64,000 bases of DNA from an uncultured Chloroflexia bacterium (GTDB lineage: Bacteria > Chloroflexota > Limnocylindria > QHBO01): the NCBI GenBank assembly GCA_963844415.1, contig CAWJOA010000006.1, positions 678,494 to 742,493 of the forward strand, read 5' to 3'. The notes below the pieces were generated by a model. It made no database searches. It saw nothing but the letters and a program-made list of their open reading frames with translations, and was not told the DNA's origin. Below, one piece after another: positions 38,978 through 46,859 of the stretch. The stretch's first letter is position 1. Every line of letters begins with the position of its first letter. A program made the translations under genes and the position numbers.

Positions 38978-38987
38978 ATCAAAAGCC

Positions 38988-39015
38988 TTGACAAGTTACA
39001 AGCGGCTGCTAGCAT
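38988..39015 (+). promoter_or_regulatory. sigma-70-like promoter TTGACA-N16-TAGCAT for the small-ORF pair, bracketed by an AGTTAC/GTAACT inverted repeat
   Basis: TTGACA 38988-38993 and TAGCAT 39010-39015. AGTTAC 38994-38999 pairs with GTAACT 39017-39022. Confidence 0.5.
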
Positions 39016-39061
39016 CGTAACTACAAGAACCGCCATGAACAGTTACGAAGGAGCACAGATC

Positions 39062-39172
39062 ATGGAGCTGCTGCTGATCGTCGCGATCCTGGCCGTCTTC
39101 GCGCTCGGCGCGGCCCGGTCGGGCTACGACAGCCGGCCGTCCATCGACGACGAGCCGCACCGGGCCATCTGA
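39062..39172 (+). CDS. small hydrophobic protein (36 aa)
   Basis: MELLLIVAILAVFALGAARSGYDSRPSIDDEPHRAI. RBS GAAGGAG 8 nt upstream. Below the ORF-track length cut-off. Confidence 0.5.
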   Translation: MELLLIVAILAVFALGAARSGYDSRPSIDDEPHRAI

Positions 39173-39182
39173 GGAGCGACCG

Positions 39183-39353
39183 ATGGAGCGACTGCACCTG
39201 CGAGCGACGAGCCTCGCCGATATCCAGGCGGAGCTGCACGAGCGCGACCTGCTGCGCGAGGCGCGGGCCAGGCGACGCGCTTTCCAGGCCGATCCGCTCG
39301 GGAAGACGGGCTGGGCGGGGTTGACGATCCTGGGGAGGCGCATCCTGCGCTGA
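39183..39353 (+). CDS. small basic protein (56 aa)
   Basis: MERLHLRATSLADIQAELHERDLLREARARRRAFQADPLGKTGWAGLTILGRRILR. RBS GAGGAG 6 nt upstream. Not in the ORF track (under 60 aa). Confidence 0.45.
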   Translation: MERLHLRATSLADIQAELHERDLLREARARRRAFQADPLGKTGWAGLTILGRRILR

Positions 39354-39366
39354 TCGTGCGCCGGCC

Positions 39367-39372
39367 TAGAAT
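39367..39372 (+). promoter_or_regulatory. -10-like hexamer TAGAAT 8 nt upstream of the polX ATG (leaderless-type promoter)
   Basis: gccggccTAGAATggccggcgATG, with GCCGGC hexamers on both sides. Confidence 0.5.
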
Positions 39373-39380
39373 GGCCGGCG

Positions 39381-41138
39381 ATGCCTCGACCCCGCAGCGT
39401 CTCGCGCAGCGGCGAGACCGTCATCAGCAACGGGGAGCTGGCGCGGATCTTCAACGAGATCGGCGACATGCTCGAGATTCTCGGCGAGGTCGTCTACAAG
39501 GCGGTGGCCTACCGTCGCGTGGCCGACATCGTCGAGCGCTACCCCGATGACGTCGCTGCCCTCTACAACCGCGGCGAGCCGCCGAAGATTCCCGGCGCCG
39601 GGCCCGCGCTGGCCGCGAAGCTCGCCGAGCTGAGCGAGACCGGCCGGCTCGAGTATCACGAGCGGCTGCGGGCGCAGGTGCCCGACGGGCTGCTCGACAT
39701 GCTGCGCGTGCCCGGGATCGGACCGAAGACCGTGCGGCTGCTGCACACCGAGCTCGGGATCGACTCGCTCGAGGGGCTCCGCGCCGCCGCCGAGGCGGGC
39801 CAGCTGCGCTCGGTCAAGGGCCTCTCGGCTCGCACCGAGCAGAACGTCCTCGACGGGATCGGCCGCATCGAGCGGCGCAGCACGGACACCCGCCTCCTCC
39901 TTCACGACGCCGATGCGCTCGTGGCGACCCTCATCGACGCGCTGCGTGACGTGCGCGGCGTCCGGCGCATCTCGGCCGCCGGCTCGCTGCGTCGCCGCCG
40001 CGCGACGATCGGCGACCTCGACCTCCTCGCCGCCGTCGACGACCCGGCCGCGGTGATCGCCACACTCGACGGGCTGCCGGAGGTCGAGAAGGTGCTCTCG
40101 GCGGGCACCGACAAGTCGAGCATCATTCTGCGCGACGGTCCCCGAGTCGACCTCATGGTCTGCCCGCCGGCATCGTGGGGAACGCACCTCGTCCACTTCA
40201 CCGGCAATACCGACCACAACATCGCCCTGCGCGGCATGGCCCTCGACCGCGGCTGGTCGCTCTCCGAGAAGGGCTTCAAGGTCATCGAGGACGGCTCGCT
40301 GCTGGACGCGGCCGAGGAGACCGACGTCTACGAGCGCCTCGGGCTGCCGTGGATCGCGCCCGAGCTGCGCGAGGCCGACGGCGAGATCGAGGCCGCGCTC
40401 GCCGGCGGCCTGCCTACCCTCGTCAGCCACGACGACGTGCGTGGCGACACGCACACCCATTCGAGCTGGACCGATGGCGTCGACACGATCGAGGTGATGG
40501 CCCGCGCGGCGCGCGACCTCGGCCACGAGTACATCGTGCTCACCGACCACTCGCCGTCACTCGGCGTCGCCCGCGGCCTCGCGCCGTCGCAGGTCGACGA
40601 GCAGGCCGCGGAGATCGCGCGCGTCAATGCCGAGCTGGCGCCGTTCCGGGTGCTGCACGGCACGGAGCTCGAGATCCGCGCCGATGCCACGCTCGACTAT
40701 CCGGACGAGCTGCTGGCGCGCTTCGACGTCGTCATCGCCAGCATCCACACCGGTCGCAACCAGTCCAGCGAGCAGCTGACTCGCCGTGCCCTGGCGGCCG
40801 TCGAGCACCCGCATGTCGACGTCCTCGCGCACCCGACCGGCCGGATCGTCAACCGCCGCGACCCGCTGCCCATCGACTGGCCGCGCGTCTTCGCTGCCGC
40901 GGCCGCGAACGGCACGGCCCTCGAGATCAACGGCAGCCCGCGCCTCGACCTCGACGACTCGCTGGCGCGCGCGGCGGCGCGCGCGGGGGCCCGGCTGACG
41001 GTCGCCTCCGACGCCCATCGCACCGAGGAGCTCGGGCAGCAGCGATACGCGGTCGACGTCGCGCGCCGGGCGTGGCTCGCGCCGGATCAGCTGCTGGCGA
41101 CGCGGTCGGCAGACGACTTGCTTGAGCTCGTGCGGTGA
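39381..41138 (+). CDS. polX: family X DNA polymerase with C-terminal PHP domain
   Basis: HhH motifs (IPGAGPALAAKL, VPGIGPKTVRLL), the pol X nucleotidyltransferase core GSLRRRRATIGDLDLL, and PHP motifs GDTHTHSSWTDG and ASDAH. Confidence 0.9.
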   Translation: MPRPRSVSRSGETVISNGELARIFNEIGDMLEILGEVVYKAVAYRRVADIVERYPDDVAALYNRGEPPKIPGAGPALAAKLAELSETGRLEYHERLRAQVPDGLLDMLRVPGIGPKTVRLLHTELGIDSLEGLRAAAEAGQLRSVKGLSARTEQNVLDGIGRIERRSTDTRLLLHDADALVATLIDALRDVRGVRRISAAGSLRRRRATIGDLDLLAAVDDPAAVIATLDGLPEVEKVLSAGTDKSSIILRDGPRVDLMVCPPASWGTHLVHFTGNTDHNIALRGMALDRGWSLSEKGFKVIEDGSLLDAAEETDVYERLGLPWIAPELREADGEIEAALAGGLPTLVSHDDVRGDTHTHSSWTDGVDTIEVMARAARDLGHEYIVLTDHSPSLGVARGLAPSQVDEQAAEIARVNAELAPFRVLHGTELEIRADATLDYPDELLARFDVVIASIHTGRNQSSEQLTRRALAAVEHPHVDVLAHPTGRIVNRRDPLPIDWPRVFAAAAANGTALEINGSPRLDLDDSLARAAARAGARLTVASDAHRTEELGQQRYAVDVARRAWLAPDQLLATRSADDLLELVR

Positions 41139-41914
41139 TCAACCGAATCTTCACTGATCGGCGAGGAGTGGCGATCCTGCGCCGGCTCGATCGGCCCGCT
41201 GCGGTCCTCATCGCGATCCTCCAGGCGGTCGTCGCCGCCGTCGGCTGGTTCGCGATCGAGCCGGTCGTGCTGGCCATCACGATCGCCACGCAGCTGGCGC
41301 TCGGCGGCCTGGCCGCGGCGTACGTCATCGGTCCGGCCCGCCCGGACTCCGGCCTGGCCCGCTACGCCATGCCCGCGGTGGCCGGGATCGCGGCTACCGT
41401 CTTCGGCCGCCTGATCCCCGGCGGCCTGAGCCTCCTGCTCGTCCCGATCGTGGCCGTGCTGCTCTGGTCGGTCACGTACCTCGAGCTGCGCCTCGCGCGC
41501 GGGACCGGGGGAAAGACGATCCAGAACCTGCTGCTCACCGGGATCGTGTTCACCGGCGCGTGGGGCCTGCTCGGCTACTTCGGCGGTCAGACCTGGCCGA
41601 CCCCGCTCATCCTCCTCGCGATCCTCACGCTGCCGCTCGCGATTCGCGCGGCGGAGGCTCGCGGCGCGCTCGGCGCGGAGGCGCTCGGGCAGTCGCTGCT
41701 CCACGTCCTCGTCGTGTTCCAGGTCGGGTTGGCCGTGTCGCTGCTGAACATCCAGCTGCAGCTCACGGCCGCGATCATCGCCCTCGCGTTCTACACGTGG
41801 GGCGGCGCGGTCGACGCGCTGCGCGGCGAGGCGTCGGGGCGTGCGGTGGCCGCCGAGTTCGGCTCGCTCGTGCTCGTCGGACTGGTGGCGGGCCTGCTCC
41901 TGCATCGGCCGTGA
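41135..41914 (+). CDS. hypothetical polytopic membrane protein
   Basis: 259-aa ORF with about seven hydrophobic segments. GTGA overlap with the polX stop. Confidence 0.6.
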   Translation: MINRIFTDRRGVAILRRLDRPAAVLIAILQAVVAAVGWFAIEPVVLAITIATQLALGGLAAAYVIGPARPDSGLARYAMPAVAGIAATVFGRLIPGGLSLLLVPIVAVLLWSVTYLELRLARGTGGKTIQNLLLTGIVFTGAWGLLGYFGGQTWPTPLILLAILTLPLAIRAAEARGALGAEALGQSLLHVLVVFQVGLAVSLLNIQLQLTAAIIALAFYTWGGAVDALRGEASGRAVAAEFGSLVLVGLVAGLLLHRP

Positions 41915-41935
41915 GGCGGCTCGCGCGCCCTCACG

Positions 41936-41964
41936 TTGACACCCCCCATGGCCGGTGGTACAAG
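41936..41964 (+). promoter_or_regulatory. sigma-70-like promoter TTGACA-N17-TACAAG upstream of the TPR gene
   Basis: TTGACA 41936-41941, a 17-nt spacer, and TACAAG 41959-41964. Confidence 0.4.
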
Positions 41965-42028
41965 AGGTCGCCCTTCGGCCGGAAGCCGGCCAACCCACCC
42001 GTCTGCACCGGAGGCCTTCACGACGCTC

Positions 42029-42871
42029 ATGGCGCTTGGAGATGCCGATTCCACCACCCGACAGCGACGCCAGCTGGCTGACGCCGCCATCGCCCACGCC
42101 ACCCGCGGCGAATGGGAGGACGCTGTCGAGGCGAACCGTCAGCTGCTCGAGCTCGGCCCGGATATCGACGCCTTCAACCGGCTCGGCAAGGCCCTCGCGG
42201 AGCTGAACCGCCCGGCCGAGGCGCTCGAAGCGTACGAGCAGGCGCTCGAGCGCGACGCGACGAACCGGATCGCGCAGCGCAACTCCGAACGGCTGCGCGT
42301 GGTCACCGCGGCCGCAAAGCCGAGCAAGACGAACAAGAACGGCAAGGGGCGCACCGACAAGGCGCCGGCCACCCTCTTCATCGAGGAGATGGGGAAGACC
42401 GGGCGTGCCCGGCTCATCAACCTCGCGGCTCCGCGCGCCCTCGCGCCGCTTTCGCCCGGCGACGCGGTCGAGCTGGTCGTCGAGGGCGACGAGCTCCGGG
42501 CGCGGGTCGGCGAGGCCACGATCGGCAGCGTCGAGCCGCGGATCGCGGCGCGGCTGCTCAAGCTGATCGCGGGCGGAAACCGCTACGAAGCGGCCATCAC
42601 GACCCTCCATGAGGCTGGATCGGATCTCACGATCATCATCCGCGAGGTCTTCACGCACCCGTCGAACTTCGGAAAGGTCTCGTTCCCGACCGTCGCTTCA
42701 GGCGGGGGTGGCGTCAGACCGTACATGAAGGGCAGCGCGCTTCGCTACGATGACGAGGACGAGGTGGAGGAGGCCGATGAGGACTCCGAGGAGGTCGAAG
42801 AGCTCGACACGACACTCCCCGAGTACTCCGGCGAGCCCGAACTCGAAGAGGAGCTGGTAGAAGAGCCATAG
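42029..42871 (+). CDS. TPR-repeat protein with a beta-rich middle domain and a strongly acidic C-terminal tail
   Basis: TPR-like WEDAVEANRQLLELGPDIDAFNRLGKALAELNRPAEALEAYEQALERD. C-terminus DDEDEVEEADEDSEEVEELDTTLPEYSGEPELEEELVEEP. Start at ATG 42029 preferred over 41936. Confidence 0.7.
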   Translation: MALGDADSTTRQRRQLADAAIAHATRGEWEDAVEANRQLLELGPDIDAFNRLGKALAELNRPAEALEAYEQALERDATNRIAQRNSERLRVVTAAAKPSKTNKNGKGRTDKAPATLFIEEMGKTGRARLINLAAPRALAPLSPGDAVELVVEGDELRARVGEATIGSVEPRIAARLLKLIAGGNRYEAAITTLHEAGSDLTIIIREVFTHPSNFGKVSFPTVASGGGGVRPYMKGSALRYDDEDEVEEADEDSEEVEELDTTLPEYSGEPELEEELVEEP

Positions 42872-42877
42872 CGTGCG

Positions 42878-45658
42878 ATGACCGAGGCTGAACGGACAGG
42901 ACTCGACCACGTCGTCCTCCCGAGACGCCGCCCCGGCCTCGCCCTCCTCGAGCGCCACCGGCCCTCACCGGCCGACAACGTCCTCGACGCCGAGCTTGCG
43001 GCCTTCGCGGCCCCCGGCGACACGATCCTCGATCCCTGGGCCGGCACCGGCTCCGTCGCGCGCCGCGCCGTCGGCCACGGGATGCGGGCCGTCGCCGCCG
43101 ATGCCAGCCCCTTCAGCCAGCTGGCCGCGATCGCCTTCCTGAACGCCCCGGACCCATCGGTGCTCGACGCGGCGTTCTCCCAGCTCGCCGGTTCACGCAA
43201 GGTCGACGTGCCGCTGCGCCAGCACATCGAGGAGCTCTACGCGTCGCGCTGCGCCGCCTGCCGGCGGCCGATCGTCGTCGATCAGTTCATCTGGCCGCGG
43301 GACGGCGACGCCCCCGGCCGCAAGATCTACCGCTGCGCCGCGTGCGACGCGTCCGTCGGCGGGGCGGAAGAGCGCGTTGCCCCCGTCGACGAGGTGGACC
43401 TCGCCAAGCTCGGCATCGATCGCGACGAGCGGCCGCCGGTCCCGATCGCCGACGAGGCCGAGGAGCTGCCACCCGCGCCGATTGGCCTCACCGAGATCGA
43501 CGACGACCCTGCCCAGGCGGAGGAGGCACCGCTCGGCGAAGCCGGCGGCCCGCCCGATCCGCCGTCTCCGGCCGTCGATCCGCCGAGCGGCCTCGGCGAC
43601 CGTCCGCGATTTGCGTCCACCGTGCGCCCGGACCCGCTGCCGGTTGCGGCCGCGGAAGGGATCCGGCACAGCCCGCAGTATCTCGAGCTGCGGGCCCGCT
43701 TCCCGGTCCTCGACGGACGCGACGAGCTCGTCGCCGAGCTGCTCGACCTGTTCACGCCGCGCAATCTCTACGCGCTCCACGCCATCGGCTCGAAAGTCGA
43801 CAGCGAGATTCGCGACGCTGGCACTGCGGCCGCCATGCGCCTCGCCCTCGCGGCCTGCCTGCTGCCCGCGAGCCGCCTGAACGGCTACCCCGGCCGCGTC
43901 GCGTCGCTGCGCATCGCCGCCGGCCACGTTCGCCAGCCGGCGAGCCGCCACCAGCGCGAGGTGAACGTCTGGCGCGCGTTCGAGCAGGCCTTCGCCGACG
44001 TGCGCGCCGCCATCGGCGCCCTGCCGCGCGACCGGCAGGAGGCGCGCTTCGCGGCCGACTACGGCGAGCTGGGCGGGATGGGCGCCGCGAACGTCCTCTG
44101 GCTGCGCTCGCGGGCGGCGGTCGTCGGCCAGTACGTGCCGTCGGACGGGGTCGACTTCATCCTCAGCTCACCCCCGGTGAGCGCGACCATCGACGAGCTG
44201 TCGTACGAGTACCTCGCCACCTCGTGGGTGCTCGGCCGCGAGGCGGCGGAGACCCTGCGCCTGGAGCCGATCTTCGGCGGCGGTACACAGGGCCCGGGCG
44301 CCGAGGCCACCGCGCTGCGTCACGGGCTGGCCTCGGCCGTCGGCGCGCTGAAGCCGGGAGGCTGGTGCTCGCTGCTCCTCGACGGCGTCGACGCCGATCG
44401 GCTCCTCGCCTCGGCGCTCACCGCGGTCGCCGCCGGCCTCGAGCTCGTCGACGTCATCCATCGCGAGTCCTCGCGCGTCGGCGACGGCGTGGTGCTCCAC
44501 CTGCGCAAGCCGTCGGCCGAGGACCGCCTGCGCCAGGCGGTCACACCGAGCCCGCTGCGCCTCGGCGTCGAGCGCGGCCACCTGACCTATCCGGAGCTGG
44601 CATCGGCAATCGACCGCGCCGCCCTCGGACTGCTGCGTGACCGTGGCGAGCCCGCAGGGCTGCTGCGGATGGTGGCGTCGATCGTCGCGGAGCTCGGCCG
44701 CGCCGGGCTGCTCCGGCGTCTGGCCGTCGCGCGCGCTGCCGACGACGACGAGCCGCGCGAGGAACGGATCGAGGGCGGGGGACCGCAGATGCTCGCGTCG
44801 CTCGTCCACGAGGAGCTGTGGCGCGACGACCATCCCAGCCTCGTCCGCCTCGGCGACGACTCGCGGCCGTCGTGGTGGCTCCGCGAGCCGGAGCTGGCCG
44901 AGCGTCCGCTGGCCGACCGCGTCGAGTGGGCGGTGTGGTCCATCCTCTCCACCGCCGGGCGCATCGACGAGCACGGCTTCCTCGAACGAATCTACCGCCT
45001 CTTCCCGGGGCTCCGGGCGCCCGACGAGGAGCTCGTGCGCGCCTGCCTGGCCGCGTACATCGCGCCGGGCGAGCTCGGGTCGCTCGGGACGAACGACGAC
45101 GCCGCCGGCCGGGCCGACGACCACGCGCGCGTGATCGCGACCCTCGTCGACTACGCCCATCGCCTCGGCCTGCGCGCCTGGGTCGCCTCGCGCGAGCACG
45201 ACCGGCGATTCGGCGGAAGCACGCTCGCCGAACGCCTGACCGATGAGGAGCGCCGGGTCTACCTGCCGCTCGTCATCCGCGCGCCCGGCGACGCGCTCGG
45301 GGCGGTCGACGTGATCTGGTATGTGCGCGGGCGCCTCTCGTTCCTGTTCGAGGTCGAATGGACCGCCATGGTCGGCGACGCCATCCTCGATCGCGGACGC
45401 CAGATTCCGGTGGGCAAGGAGCAGGCGCGGTTCCTCGTGATTCCCGCCGAACGCGGCGACCTGCTCCGCCTCAAGCTCGAGCGCTCACCGTGGCTGCGCG
45501 CCGAGATCGAGCGCCAGAATTGGCACGTTCTCAAGTGGCAGCACCTCGATACGCTGGCCGCCAGGTCGGGGGCGCAGGTCGAGTGGCTGGAGCCGGTCCT
45601 CGGGCTCGATCCCCTCATCGAGCGGGGCGGCGAACAGCTGACGATCTTCGGCGAATGA
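42878..45658 (+). CDS. 926-aa putative methyltransferase with Zn ribbon and a C-terminal restriction-endonuclease-like region
   Basis: SAM motif I ILDPWAGTGS (about 43028-43057). CxxC...CxxC ribbon CAACRR...YRCAACD. LFTPRNLYAL. Atypical motif IV ILSSPPV (44165-44179). C-terminal VDVIWYVRGRLSFLFEVEW (about 45300-45365). Confidence 0.65.
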   Translation: MTEAERTGLDHVVLPRRRPGLALLERHRPSPADNVLDAELAAFAAPGDTILDPWAGTGSVARRAVGHGMRAVAADASPFSQLAAIAFLNAPDPSVLDAAFSQLAGSRKVDVPLRQHIEELYASRCAACRRPIVVDQFIWPRDGDAPGRKIYRCAACDASVGGAEERVAPVDEVDLAKLGIDRDERPPVPIADEAEELPPAPIGLTEIDDDPAQAEEAPLGEAGGPPDPPSPAVDPPSGLGDRPRFASTVRPDPLPVAAAEGIRHSPQYLELRARFPVLDGRDELVAELLDLFTPRNLYALHAIGSKVDSEIRDAGTAAAMRLALAACLLPASRLNGYPGRVASLRIAAGHVRQPASRHQREVNVWRAFEQAFADVRAAIGALPRDRQEARFAADYGELGGMGAANVLWLRSRAAVVGQYVPSDGVDFILSSPPVSATIDELSYEYLATSWVLGREAAETLRLEPIFGGGTQGPGAEATALRHGLASAVGALKPGGWCSLLLDGVDADRLLASALTAVAAGLELVDVIHRESSRVGDGVVLHLRKPSAEDRLRQAVTPSPLRLGVERGHLTYPELASAIDRAALGLLRDRGEPAGLLRMVASIVAELGRAGLLRRLAVARAADDDEPREERIEGGGPQMLASLVHEELWRDDHPSLVRLGDDSRPSWWLREPELAERPLADRVEWAVWSILSTAGRIDEHGFLERIYRLFPGLRAPDEELVRACLAAYIAPGELGSLGTNDDAAGRADDHARVIATLVDYAHRLGLRAWVASREHDRRFGGSTLAERLTDEERRVYLPLVIRAPGDALGAVDVIWYVRGRLSFLFEVEWTAMVGDAILDRGRQIPVGKEQARFLVIPAERGDLLRLKLERSPWLRAEIERQNWHVLKWQHLDTLAARSGAQVEWLEPVLGLDPLIERGGEQLTIFGE

Positions 45659-45667
45659 CCTTCCTTG

Positions 45668-45684
45668 CTCGCTCGCCGAGCGAG
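45668..45684. terminator. hairpin CTCGCTC-gcc-GAGCGAG in the convergent spacer
   Basis: 7-bp perfect stem 10 nt after the 42878-45658 stop. Confidence 0.35.
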
Positions 45685-45700
45685 GGGTAGACTCCGGCCC

Positions 45701-45733
45701 GGGAGTGCCGTGGTTCCCCCCTGCGGCACTCCC
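45701..45733. terminator. 10-bp hairpin GGGAGTGCCG...CGGCACTCCC (likely bidirectional terminator)
   Basis: Perfect 10-bp stem with a 13-nt loop, followed by GTTTC on the plus strand. It lies between convergent genes (stops at 45658 and 45738). Confidence 0.5.
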
Positions 45734-45737
45734 GTTT

Positions 45738-46073
45738 CTATGCTCCCCGGGCCGTGCTCCGCGGTCCGCGCCGCCCCATCGTGCGGCGCACGACGGCCAT
45801 CACCTCGTCGACGTACGGCTGGCCCTGGCCGGTCTCGACCGCGTGCGTCAGGCAGCCGTCGATGTGGTCCTCGAGCACGAGCAGCGCCACCTGGTCGGCG
45901 GCCGCGGTCATCGCCTCGACCTGCTGAAGGATGTCGAGGCAGTAGGCCTCGTCCTCGACGAGTCGCTGGATCCCGCGCGCCTGTCCCTCGATCCGCCGCA
46001 GGCGGGTGACGAGGTCGCGCTTGTCCTTGGTGTAGCTGTGGCGGAAGTGTGCGGCGTGCGCATCGGTGCTCAT
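45738..46073 (-). CDS. CsoR/RcnR-family metal-sensing transcriptional repressor
   Basis: Family motif RLRRIEGQARGIQRLVE. Ligand set Cys45-His70-Cys74 (AYCLDIL...EDHIDGC). His-rich N-terminus (H6, H9, H12). Confidence 0.85.
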   Translation of the reverse strand: MSTDAHAAHFRHSYTKDKRDLVTRLRRIEGQARGIQRLVEDEAYCLDILQQVEAMTAAADQVALLVLEDHIDGCLTHAVETGQGQPYVDEVMAVVRRTMGRRGPRSTARGA

Positions 46074-46089
46074 ACTGGTGGGCAGTATG
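46071..46089. promoter_or_regulatory. perfect 19-bp palindrome CATACTG-GTGGG-CAGTATG (candidate CsoR/RcnR operator)
   Basis: 7-bp arms around a G-rich centre. It overlaps the repressor start codon and sits in the 57-bp divergent intergenic region. It resembles the TACT-G-tract-AGTA site type. Confidence 0.6.
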
Positions 46090-46118
46090 TTGACGACGGG
46101 TCAGAGCGTCAATCGGGC

Positions 46119-46124
46119 TAGCAT
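46119..46124 (+). promoter_or_regulatory. -10-like hexamer TAGCAT 6 nt upstream of ATG 46131 (leaderless-type promoter)
   Basis: ggcTAGCATggggacATG. Confidence 0.45.
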
Positions 46125-46130
46125 GGGGAC

Positions 46131-46859
46131 ATGAGCCCTTTGGAGCGCCACGAGCTCATCGACCCGCTCGAGCGCGTGCTCGTGGTCGTCAGCCACCCCG
46201 ACGACGCCGAGTTCGGCGCCGGTCCGACGATCGCGCTGCTCGCGAAGGCCGGCGCGCGGGTCGACTACGTGGTCACCACCGACGGCGCGAAGGGAACCGA
46301 GGACCCATCGGTCACGCCCGCGCAGCTGTCGGCGACCCGCAGGGCCGAGCAGCGTGCCGCGGCAGACCTGCTCGGCGTCAGTGACATCGTCCATCTCGAC
46401 TATCCCGATGGCTACCTGCAGCCGACGCTCGACCTGCGGCGCGACATCACGCGCCAGATCCGCCGCTTCCGTCCGGACCTCGTCATCACCCAGAACCCGC
46501 AGCGACGGCTCGACCACAACCCGTTCGTCGGCCATCCGGACCACCTCGCCACCGGGGAGGCGACGCTCGCATCGGTCTATCCGGCGGCTCGCGACCGTCT
46601 GAACTTCCCGGAGCTGTGGACCGATGAGCGCCTGGAGCCGTGGAAGGTGCGCCAGGTGCTCCTGACCGGAGTCGAGGAGCCGAACCTGTGGCTGGACGTC
46701 GGCGAGACGTTCGAGACCGGGCTGGCCTCGATCCTGGCCCACGTCAGCCAGGTGGATCCCGAGGACGTCGAGGAGCGGATGCGTGAGCGAGCGCGCCTGG
46801 TGGGGGAGCCGCAGGGCATCGGCCTGGCGCAGGCGTTCCTCTCGATCCTGCTGACATGA
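46131..46859 (+). CDS. PIG-L (LmbE-like) family deacetylase
   Basis: VLVVVSHPDDAEFGAG and the HPDH motif (VGHPDHLATGEA). Confidence 0.85.
   Translation: MSPLERHELIDPLERVLVVVSHPDDAEFGAGPTIALLAKAGARVDYVVTTDGAKGTEDPSVTPAQLSATRRAEQRAAADLLGVSDIVHLDYPDGYLQPTLDLRRDITRQIRRFRPDLVITQNPQRRLDHNPFVGHPDHLATGEATLASVYPAARDRLNFPELWTDERLEPWKVRQVLLTGVEEPNLWLDVGETFETGLASILAHVSQVDPEDVEERMRERARLVGEPQGIGLAQAFLSILLT

Noticed and set aside
43440-43640. Pro/Asp/Glu-rich low-complexity stretch inside the 926-aa gene, as a possible tandem DNA repeat
   Set aside because: No exact nucleotide periodicity is visible. It looks like a disordered linker rather than a repeat array.
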